Shown: in pieces, positions 45,488 to 53,609 of the stretch
How the letters are laid out: each line of letters begins with the position of its first letter
Position numbering within the stretch: position 1 is the first letter of the stretch
Assembly: GCA_963739135.1 (NCBI GenBank)
Contig: CAVTZG010000026.1
Coordinates: 192,105 to 256,104 of the forward strand
Length of the DNA: 64,000 bases
Origin: an uncultured Actinomycetes bacterium
Lineage (GTDB): Bacteria; Actinomycetota; Actinomycetes; Streptosporangiales; Streptosporangiaceae
Direction: 5' to 3'
Program-made: the position numbers and the translations under genes
The notes under the pieces: generated by a model
Told to the model about the DNA's origin: nothing
Seen by the model: the letters and a program-made list of their open reading frames with translations, nothing else
Databases searched by the model: none

Positions 45488-46091
45488 CTGTCTCGCCCCG
45501 GCCTCCCGTTCAGCCTGCTCGAGGCCCAGCTCGTCGCGGAGCGCGGCTTCCACGTGCTGCTGCAGAGCTGTCGCGGCACCTTCGGCTCGGGCGGGGCGTT
45601 CGAGCCGATGCGCCACGAGGTTTCCGACGGGCAGGACACCGTGGCCTGGCTGCGCAACCAGAGCTGGTTCGACGGACGGCTGGCCACGTCCGGGCCCAGC
45701 TATCTCGGGTTCGTGCAGTGGGCCCTGGCCATGGACCCGCCACCCGAGCTGGTGGCCGCGGTCGTGTACGTGGGCCCGCACGACTTCAGCCGCACCGCCT
45801 ACCGCAACGGCGTCTTCGACCTGTACAACTTCATGTCCTGGAGCGACCTGATCGTGCACCAGGAGCGGGTCAATCCGCTGCAGGGCATGGTCCCTGATCG
45901 CCGCGGCGCACCGGTTCGGCCGCGGGCACCGCCTCAGGCTCCAGGTGGCAGGCGGTGCGCACCCCCGCTTCGCCCGCAACCCCGGCAACGGCCAGGTCGA
46001 CGCGCCGCCCGGTGATTTCGCGCCGACCAGGTACAGCATCGGGCTAGGCGCCGAGAACCCCTCAGCGCTCCTGCTTCCTGCCGCGCCGTGA
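45488..46091 (+). pseudogene. CocE/NonD-family (S15 X-Pro dipeptidyl-peptidase-like) hydrolase remnant
   Basis: An internal fragment (RGFHVLLQSCRGTFGSGGAFEPM...DTVAWLRNQSWFDGRLATSGPSYLGFVQW) has no N-terminus. A C-terminal fragment in a different frame reads HRFGRGHRLRLQVAGGAHPRFARNPG. The middle of the gene is missing. Confidence 0.7.
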
Positions 46092-46716
46092 CCGGCCCGT
46101 CCGGCAATTCCTCAAGACCTTTATGCCGAACGGGCCGTGGTTCCTGTTCTCGGCCCACCCGGCGCGATCCCGGCCAGCCGTCCGCCTGACCGGCATGCCA
46201 GGGCCCCGATGCTCGCGCGCGGGGAGCTGCGGCTGATCGGAGCCAGCACGCCAGGAGTGGAGAGGCCGCCAGGTACGAGCGGACCGGCGACCTGGCCCGT
46301 GCCGCCGCCATCGGGTACGGGCAGGTCGGTGAGCTGGACCGCAGCCTGGAGGGCGCGGTCAAGGCGCTGGCCGAGCTCCAGGCCGCCGGCGGGCTGGTGA
46401 AGTCCGAGGTGGACGGGACGGCCGGGACGGCCGGGACGGCCGGGACGGCCGGGCCAGGCTGCCGCCGGCCAGGCTACGCCCCGAGGATCATGAACCGGTC
46501 TGCGCGTCGGCTCCGGCTCACGGCCCGTGGCACCTCTGCGGCGCCGGCCTGCCGTACTAACCCGAAGTTCCCCCCAAGCCGATTGGTCAACGCGTTGTAC
46601 CAGGTGGTAGAGCCCTTGATCACGAAAATTACATGTCTACGTAGTCATGAGCTGAGGTCGTTTTACCTGGTCAAGGCCTATGTTGCCTCGCGACCGGGGG
46701 GAACTACGGACTAACG

Positions 46717-47880
46717 TTAGGGCTGGGTGAAGCCGACCGGGGACTCGTCTCCGGGCGCCGAGGTGGCGGTCCCGTATGAGGAGATCCGGATCGGAAAGCC
46801 CGTGGCATACGCCTCGATCATCTGTCCGTGGCCGATCACCAGGCCGACATGCCCCGGCGAGGTCGGGGTGCCGTCCGCTCCGGCGAAGAACACCAGGTCT
46901 CCCGGCCGCACCTGGGAGGCGGGGACGTGCTGTTCGGTCGCCCACTGTTCCTCCGATGTCCGGGCGATGTCGATCCCGGCGCCCCGGTAGGCCATCATGA
47001 CCAGGCCGGAACAGTCGAAGGCATCCGGCCCGGTGCCGCCCCACAGGTACGGCTTGCCGAGCTGCTGCTCCGCGTAGGCGATGGCGGTGGCCGCTGCGTG
47101 GGTCGGCGCCTGGACCGCAGAAACGTCCCCGGTGATGGTTGAACAGTCGGCCACCGAGCTGGCGGACGGCATGGTCGCTGCCACCATTGAGTAGTTGCCC
47201 CCCGCGTACTGGCCCGCGTAGAACAGTACGCTCTGCACATAGGACTGCAAGTGGTTGTAGGCGAAGATCGCCCCCGAGGGGTTGGTCTGCACCCCGGCGG
47301 CGACCAGATACTTGGCGGCGCCCGCGATCGCGTCGGCCGGATCGTAGATATCCGCGTTCGGGCCGCCGTCCTCGTCGGTGGCGACGCCGTTGACCACTTC
47401 ACTAGCCGGGTGGACCGGCGCGCCGCCCCACACGTTGGTGGCCGCGCCGCCGATGCCGATCTGCATCGGGCCGGCCGCGCCGAAGCCGTTCTGCCCGCTG
47501 TGCACGCCGGGCAGGGTGGACTGGCCGTTGTCGCTCTCGACCGTCCCGATCCCGGCCAGGATCGTCCACGGCACGCCGTACTGCTGGCCGACCCTCCGGT
47601 ACCAGTCAAGGTAGTTGGCCGGGATCGACTTGGCCGTTGGACCTGCAGCCGGCTGCCCGGCTGCGCCGGTCTGCTGGCCTGAGCACCCCAAGCGGGCCGA
47701 GAAGAATGCGTCCGCGCCGATCAGGAGTGGCACGGCCAGCAGGCCGAGTCCGACCACGCCGATGAGGCCGACGACGCCGACGACAAGGATCCTCGGCGCC
47801 CGTTGCTCCCTGGTAGTGACCACCTGCTGGTACTGCCTGACCGTGGCCTGCCGCGACCGGTCGAGGAGGCTGTCCGTCAT
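46717..47880 (-). CDS. bifunctional lytic transglycosylase / NlpC-P60 (C40) peptidase, VirB1-like cell-wall hydrolase
   Basis: N-terminal TM helix. SLT-like WTILAGIGTVESDNG...GPMQI. C40 domain GKPYLWGGTGPDAFDCSGLV...GDLVFF...HVGLV. Confidence 0.85.
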   Translation of the reverse strand: MTDSLLDRSRQATVRQYQQVVTTREQRAPRILVVGVVGLIGVVGLGLLAVPLLIGADAFFSARLGCSGQQTGAAGQPAAGPTAKSIPANYLDWYRRVGQQYGVPWTILAGIGTVESDNGQSTLPGVHSGQNGFGAAGPMQIGIGGAATNVWGGAPVHPASEVVNGVATDEDGGPNADIYDPADAIAGAAKYLVAAGVQTNPSGAIFAYNHLQSYVQSVLFYAGQYAGGNYSMVAATMPSASSVADCSTITGDVSAVQAPTHAAATAIAYAEQQLGKPYLWGGTGPDAFDCSGLVMMAYRGAGIDIARTSEEQWATEQHVPASQVRPGDLVFFAGADGTPTSPGHVGLVIGHGQMIEAYATGFPIRISSYGTATSAPGDESPVGFTQP

Positions 47881-48509
47881 GAGTTACCCGCAGACGCCAG
47901 CTCGATGTCGCTGACCTGCCAGCTGCTGCCCGACCCGGTCAGGGTGACCGCGTACTGAGCGCTGCCGTTGCTGGCGCCGTGGGAGCTGACCAGGTGCTGC
48001 GTGGTGTTGACCACGAACGTCAGACTGGACGGGCCGAAGGCCCGCAGCGAATTGATCGCCGCGGTCCCAGTGGAGACCTGCTGCTGGCTGGTCCGCGTGC
48101 TGACCACTCCCGGCGTGGAGTAGCTGGCCTGCAGGGTCGTGCCCAGCTCCCCGGTGATCAGCCCGGTCATCTTTGCCACGTAGGCGGCCGCGCTCTCGGT
48201 GTAGCTGTAGGTGTTGTAGTCGACGCCGAACCGCACCGCCACCGAGGCGGCGGTGGCTAGGTCCTGCTGGGTGAAGGGCAGCCAGGCGTAGATGTTCACG
48301 CCGCCCGTCGCGGCCGCCGATGCCGTCTCGGTCGGGCCTGGAGCGGGGGTGGTCGCGGCCGCCGGGCCGGCCGGCGTGGGCGAGATGCCCGCCTGGGCAT
48401 GCCCGCCGGAGTGGGTCAGGGCGGGGACTACGAGGTAGTAGCCGAGCGCGGCGAGCGCGATGACGATGACGGCGAAAACTGCGCTGCGCTGGCGGGGGCT
48501 GAGCTCCAC
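47877..48509 (-). CDS. membrane-anchored protein, possible VirB8-like component
   Basis: Single N-terminal TM helix (SAVFAVIVIALAALGYYLVV), a Pro/Ala/Thr linker and a ~140-aa globular domain. Translationally coupled to the downstream hydrolase gene (ATGA). The VirB8 analogy rests only on architecture and position. Confidence 0.5.
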   Translation of the reverse strand: MELSPRQRSAVFAVIVIALAALGYYLVVPALTHSGGHAQAGISPTPAGPAAATTPAPGPTETASAAATGGVNIYAWLPFTQQDLATAASVAVRFGVDYNTYSYTESAAAYVAKMTGLITGELGTTLQASYSTPGVVSTRTSQQQVSTGTAAINSLRAFGPSSLTFVVNTTQHLVSSHGASNGSAQYAVTLTGSGSSWQVSDIELASAGNS

Positions 48510-48521
48510 GGTGCCTGCCGG

Positions 48522-51092
48522 TTACTTGCGCCGTACCGAGCGCAGCCAGAACGGCGTGGCCCGCGGTTCTTCGGTGCCGTTGCCGGTTCTGTCGCCGGTT
48601 CCGTTGCCGGGGCTGCGCGGCGGATCAGCGGGCGGCTCAGCCGGCCTGCGCGCTGCCACCGGCCGCTGCCGCGGGCCCGCGGCCATGTTGGCGCCCGCCC
48701 AGCTGGCCAGCGGCCAGGCGGGGGCGGCCTGACGCGGGCCCGACCCGCCGGTCCCGCCGGATCCGCCCGACCCGCCGGTCCCGCCGGATCCGCCCGACCC
48801 GCCCGACCCGCCGGATCCGCCCGACCCGCCCGACCCGCCGGATCCGCCGGTCCCGTTGGCGGGCGGCGCGGACCGGATGGATCCGGAGCCCGCGGAGCCC
48901 CCGGACGTCGCGCGGGACCGTGATGGCGCTGGCCCGGAGGCCGTCGAGCGCCCGGCTCGCCGGTACCGGGTGGCGGCGGCGCCGGCCGGGCCGTCGGCGC
49001 CGTTCCTCAGCGGCAGGTCCAGCGGTGGGGGGGTGCGCCCGGTGCCGCTATCGGTCTCGGGCAGGTTCCTGGTCCGGGCCACGTCGGCCGCGGCGCCGCG
49101 GCTGGAGCCCGGGCTCGTCTTGGCATTGCCGTCCGCCGGGGAAGACGCGTCGGGCCGGAACCGCGAGGTGCTGGCGGCGACCTGCCCGGTGCCGGTCGCG
49201 GTGCCGGTCGCGGTGCCGGCGGGCGCGGCGGCGGTGCCGGCGGCCGTGCCGGTGTCCGCGGTGCCGGTGCCGGTGCCGGCCGGGGCGGCTGAGCCGGGGT
49301 TGCGGCGGGCCCAGCGGGCGGCCCGGTAGGTCGCGATCCCGGGGATGGCCACGGTGGCGGCGTCCCGGGTGGAGCGGCGGAAGGTGGAACCGGCCTCGCG
49401 CAGGCTGTACTCGGCCCGCTCGTGCGAGCCGATGGAGCCGTAGCCGACGGCGGAGAACAGGTGGGTGAACGGCTTGCGGTAGATGAATACGGCCACCGTG
49501 ACCAGGGCGATCATCAGGATCTTCAGCGCCCACGGCAAGACCGTGTCGGCCGTGCCCATGATGAGGGAGTAGCAGTAGAGCAGCACGCTGAGGGTGATGG
49601 CGATGGCCACCTGCTTCATCAGCACGCCGGCCAGCATCTCGAACCAGCGGATGGCGATGATCCGGCCGAACCCGGGATGGGTCCCGATGATCAGGAACAA
49701 CGGCCCGGCCACCAGCAGCAGCAAGAAACCGAGCTTGAGCACGATCAAGGTCAGCGCGATGAGCAAGATGAGCAGCCCGGCCACGACCGCGGCGAACATC
49801 GCGGCGAAGGCGATCTCCAGCCGGGTGGTCCACTGGTTGCCCTGGAACAGGGGGTAGATGGCCGGGTCGCCGGTCTGGAGGGCGCTGGCGATGCCGGTGT
49901 AGGTGGCCTGCTTGGCCTGGATCAGCGCCGTGGTCGGGCTCTCGTTGGCCGCGATGGCCTGGGACCACAGCAGCTGCCGCCCGTAGGTGTTCACCACGGT
50001 CGGCGCGCCGCTGCCGGTGGCCGCGAACCCGGTGGTGCCGAGCTCACCCCACACCCACGGCTTGCACACCAGCACCGACCACAGCTCGTTGGCGTTCTGG
50101 TCGACCAGCCCGTTACCGGAGGTGAAAGCATAGCTCGCGGTGACGCTCTGCGGGTCGCCGGCGGCCACCGGCAGGCAGTTGCTGCCGGCCGGGGCGGGCA
50201 GCTTGGAGAACGCGGTGTTCAGCACCCCGGTGACGCCGTTGGAGACGGTGGTGCCGATGCCGGTGAAGTCGGCCAGGCCGATCAGCGCGATGGCCGCGAC
50301 CGCGGCCACCACCATCCACAGCGTGCCCTCGATGGTGCGGGTGGCGCGCTTGCGGATCAGGCCCTGCCAGGCCAGCCACATCGCGCCCAAGATGACCACC
50401 GGGGCCAGGTACGGGAAGTAGATCGCGTTGCCCAGCGCGCTGATCAGCTTGTCCACCGCGTTCTGCAGCCAGGTCAGAATGCTGCTGCCCGCCGCGGACT
50501 GGTAGACGGTGATCGTCACCCGGTCCAGGGACTTAGCCCCGTCAAAGACCATCCCGGCCACGTTGTTGCCGACCAGCGAGGTCATATCGGAGCACTGCAG
50601 CCCGTGAGCGGCCCAGAACTGCCCGGCGATGCCGTAATTGTCATACAGCGTCTTGCCGCCAGAGGACCCGGCCGGCGGCTCGATCATGGCGTCGATGCCG
50701 CCGGTGGCCTGCTCCGGCTGGGGCAGCGACGGCTCGCAGATATTGTTCAGGTCACCGACGATGCCCGCCGACCCCGACGAGCACAGCCCCACCAGCCCGC
50801 CGATATCACCGATCCCCGGCACCTGGCACACCCCGCCCGGCGCCGCAGGCGTGACTTCCGCGGTGAGCTGCACCGGGATCCGGGCCGCGGCGGCGGCCGC
50901 GGACCCTGTGGTCCGGGACACCGGGGGCCCGCTGGCCGCGTGCGCGGCGGCCAGCGCCGGGCTGGCCACCGCGAGCAGCGCCCCGGCAGTGAGCAGTACC
51001 CCGCCCGCCCAGCGCGCCAGGCGGCGGCCGCGAGTCCGGGACGCGGCGCGGTCAGGCGCGCAGCGCCGGGAGGGCGCGAACGGGACAAGCAT
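48522..51092 (-). CDS. large polytopic membrane protein, VirB6/TrbL-like, with long low-complexity C-terminal tail
   Basis: Signal or anchor, a ~200-aa exported region, at least 6 TM helices (LLILLIALTLIVLKLGFLLLLVAGPLFLI...), then GT- and GGS-repeat tails. Confidence 0.6.
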   Translation of the reverse strand: MLVPFAPSRRCAPDRAASRTRGRRLARWAGGVLLTAGALLAVASPALAAAHAASGPPVSRTTGSAAAAAARIPVQLTAEVTPAAPGGVCQVPGIGDIGGLVGLCSSGSAGIVGDLNNICEPSLPQPEQATGGIDAMIEPPAGSSGGKTLYDNYGIAGQFWAAHGLQCSDMTSLVGNNVAGMVFDGAKSLDRVTITVYQSAAGSSILTWLQNAVDKLISALGNAIYFPYLAPVVILGAMWLAWQGLIRKRATRTIEGTLWMVVAAVAAIALIGLADFTGIGTTVSNGVTGVLNTAFSKLPAPAGSNCLPVAAGDPQSVTASYAFTSGNGLVDQNANELWSVLVCKPWVWGELGTTGFAATGSGAPTVVNTYGRQLLWSQAIAANESPTTALIQAKQATYTGIASALQTGDPAIYPLFQGNQWTTRLEIAFAAMFAAVVAGLLILLIALTLIVLKLGFLLLLVAGPLFLIIGTHPGFGRIIAIRWFEMLAGVLMKQVAIAITLSVLLYCYSLIMGTADTVLPWALKILMIALVTVAVFIYRKPFTHLFSAVGYGSIGSHERAEYSLREAGSTFRRSTRDAATVAIPGIATYRAARWARRNPGSAAPAGTGTGTADTGTAAGTAAAPAGTATGTATGTGQVAASTSRFRPDASSPADGNAKTSPGSSRGAAADVARTRNLPETDSGTGRTPPPLDLPLRNGADGPAGAAATRYRRAGRSTASGPAPSRSRATSGGSAGSGSIRSAPPANGTGGSGGSGGSGGSGGSGGSGGSGGTGGSGGSGGTGGSGPRQAAPAWPLASWAGANMAAGPRQRPVAARRPAEPPADPPRSPGNGTGDRTGNGTEEPRATPFWLRSVRRK
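48730..48855 (-). repeat. 9-bp tandem repeat coding (GGS/GGT)n
   Basis: ccgccggatccgcccgacccgccggtc units, reading GGSGGSGGSGGSGGSGGSGGTGGSGGSGGTGGSG. Confidence 0.85.
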
Positions 51093-51116
51093 CGGGCAAA
51101 CTCCTGGCTGGTGCGG

Positions 51117-53609
51117 TTACGACGAGGCCTCGGCCGACACGAGAGTGCTATCGCGCCGGGGGCCGGGCTGCTGGCCCCGGGCCCGGGTGGGGTTGGTGTC
51201 GATCCAGTCCCTGAGTTCCTCGGAGACCAGGTCGATCCCGATGCGGCCGGCCCGGTCGTCCAGGTCGCGGAAGATGCACTCGCCGTTGCCGAGTGCGCGG
51301 AGCACGGCCTGGTGCTCATCGGAGGGCGCGACGCCGAGCAGCGACATGACGTTCGCCACCTCGGCGCGCTCGGTGGAGCGGAACGCGAAGACGCTGGACA
51401 GGCAGTTGGTGACCTGCTCGGCCAGCAGGTCACCGGCGTTCTGCGAGACCAGGATCAGCGCGGTGTTCCGGGACCGGCCCATCCGGGATACCTCGGGCAC
51501 CAGCTTGGCGCCCTCGGGGGTGGAGGTGATGGCCCAGGCCTCGTCCAGGAAGATGGCCTTGGGCTTGGTCCGGTCGATGCCGTTCAGCAGCTTGCGGGCG
51601 AACTGGGACACCAGGTACAGCAGCGCCACCGACAGCCGCTGCTCATAGGAGTAGTCGTCGCGGCTGGTGGTGGTGTCGGGCAGGGTGAGCCCGCCCAAGG
51701 TGAAGACCGTGGTCCAGCCCTCGGCGTCGATCTGCTGGCCCACCGACGGGGCGAAGCACAGCCGGGCCAGCCGCATCTCCGAGATCGACCGCATCACGGC
51801 GCCGGTGTTCTTCCAGGCCGGATCGCCGGCCGCCTCCAGGTAGCCGATGACCTTGCCCAGGCTGGGCCGCCCGGTCCCGGCGATCGCGCCGACCGCCTGG
51901 ATCATGGCGCTCTCCCGCTCCTCGCTCATCCGCGGCAGCAGCAGCCGCAGCGTCTCGGTGGCCATGGTCCGCTTCTCGGCCAGGTCGGCACCGAAGGAGA
52001 ACGGGTCGAGCAGGCCGGGCGCCGCGGCGCCCAGCGGCAGCACCCGCGCCTTGCGGCCCTGCGCCTTCAGGTACTCCACCAGCGACTCGGCGTCGCCCTT
52101 CGGGTCGATCACCGCCACCGTCGCACCCCGCAGGGCCAGCTGGTAGATCAGCAGCATGGCCAGCGTGGTCTTCCCGCCGCCCGGCTCCCCGGTGATCGCG
52201 ACCGCGGTCGGCCGGTTCCGCGCCGCGGCCAGCAGCGGATCGAAGTGCACCACCGACCGGGCCCGGCCCAGCGTCTCCCCGATATACGGGCCGATCCACC
52301 CCGCCCCGGAGCCGGCCCGGTCACCGAGCTCCACCGTCGCGGTCGGCATCCCGCCGGCAATGGTATACAGCGGCTGGCGCTGCACATAGGAGGACAGCCG
52401 GATCCGCTCGCCGGGCAGCGACTCACACAGCAGCGAGAACTGATCACCGGTGGAATTGACCACATCGATGCCGATATCACGGTAATGCTCCACCACCGCC
52501 TCCACCCGCCGCACACACAGATCCCGGGACGGCGCGGCCACCATCAGCCGGTGCCAGCCATACACAAACGGCAGCCGCTCCTTGGTAATGCCATGCTCCA
52601 GCATCCGCGCCGCCGCGATCTGCTCCGCCAGCGCAATCGGCGCCTCCGCCCCCGCCTCCCGGATATGCGCATCCATGTCCCGGGCATGCGCCAGACGGCG
52701 GCTGACATCCTTGCTCGCCTTCGCCGGCGGAATCAGCTTCATCCGGGAACTGACCTCCACCGGGAACGGCAGCGAATCAGCAAAATGCAGCCACGGCTCC
52801 CCGTCCGGGAACGCCATCACATCCGGGAACCGGGCAAACGACACAAACGCCGCATAGGACTGCCCGCCCATATGCTCCAGCCCCAGCATCGTCCGCCCGT
52901 TATGGACCTGACCCTCGAACAGCGCATCAATCTCCCCCAGACCCCACCGGCGGCGCCGGGCCGCCGACGGCACCGGCACCCCCGCCGTCGCCATCAGCGA
53001 GTGCCGGACCAGCCAGGCGATCTCACCAGAGGTCGCATGCCGGGCCGCCAGCGCGCTGGCGTTCAGCGCCCGGCCGAGCCGTTCGGCCGATTCGGTCCAC
53101 TTGACGATCTCCGACGGGCCGACCACCTCCTCGCCCGGCCCCGGCCCGCTCTCGCCGCGCACGCGCGTGCCGCGGAACTGCGACAGCACCCCACCCGTCA
53201 GCTGCGCTCGCACGCCGCGCTGGCCCAGCCGGACGCCGAGGTAGATCTCCTTGCCCCAGAAGTCCTTGGCCCAGACGTGCTCATAGGCCTGCTCCAGGTA
53301 ATCCCGCCAGCCCGGGCCGCCGTCCGAGGTCGCATCCAGCCCGGTGGCCCACGCCTGCGCCGGGTAGGACCGGTGGGCGATGCGCAGGTGGACCTCGGCG
53401 TCGGCCATCCTGATCGCGGCCAGCGCGACGGTGATGTTCGTCGCCAGCGCCTCCCGCTCCTCCGGGGTGGTGAACTCATAGGACACCGAAGGAATCCGGT
53501 AATACGCCCAGGCATGGGTGTCGGTAAGCAGGATCCGGTCATCGAAATACCGGATGGCAAACCGAGTGCGTCCCCGCGAACCCCTAGATCCCTTAGTCCG
53601 AGTGCTCAC
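51117..53609 (-). CDS. VirB4-like type IV secretion ATPase
   Basis: 830 aa with Walker A ITGEPGGGKTTLA and Walker B AIFLDEAWAI. Size and position next to the VirB6-like and TcpE-like genes fit VirB4. Confidence 0.8.
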   Translation of the reverse strand: MSTRTKGSRGSRGRTRFAIRYFDDRILLTDTHAWAYYRIPSVSYEFTTPEEREALATNITVALAAIRMADAEVHLRIAHRSYPAQAWATGLDATSDGGPGWRDYLEQAYEHVWAKDFWGKEIYLGVRLGQRGVRAQLTGGVLSQFRGTRVRGESGPGPGEEVVGPSEIVKWTESAERLGRALNASALAARHATSGEIAWLVRHSLMATAGVPVPSAARRRRWGLGEIDALFEGQVHNGRTMLGLEHMGGQSYAAFVSFARFPDVMAFPDGEPWLHFADSLPFPVEVSSRMKLIPPAKASKDVSRRLAHARDMDAHIREAGAEAPIALAEQIAAARMLEHGITKERLPFVYGWHRLMVAAPSRDLCVRRVEAVVEHYRDIGIDVVNSTGDQFSLLCESLPGERIRLSSYVQRQPLYTIAGGMPTATVELGDRAGSGAGWIGPYIGETLGRARSVVHFDPLLAAARNRPTAVAITGEPGGGKTTLAMLLIYQLALRGATVAVIDPKGDAESLVEYLKAQGRKARVLPLGAAAPGLLDPFSFGADLAEKRTMATETLRLLLPRMSEERESAMIQAVGAIAGTGRPSLGKVIGYLEAAGDPAWKNTGAVMRSISEMRLARLCFAPSVGQQIDAEGWTTVFTLGGLTLPDTTTSRDDYSYEQRLSVALLYLVSQFARKLLNGIDRTKPKAIFLDEAWAITSTPEGAKLVPEVSRMGRSRNTALILVSQNAGDLLAEQVTNCLSSVFAFRSTERAEVANVMSLLGVAPSDEHQAVLRALGNGECIFRDLDDRAGRIGIDLVSEELRDWIDTNPTRARGQQPGPRRDSTLVSAEASS

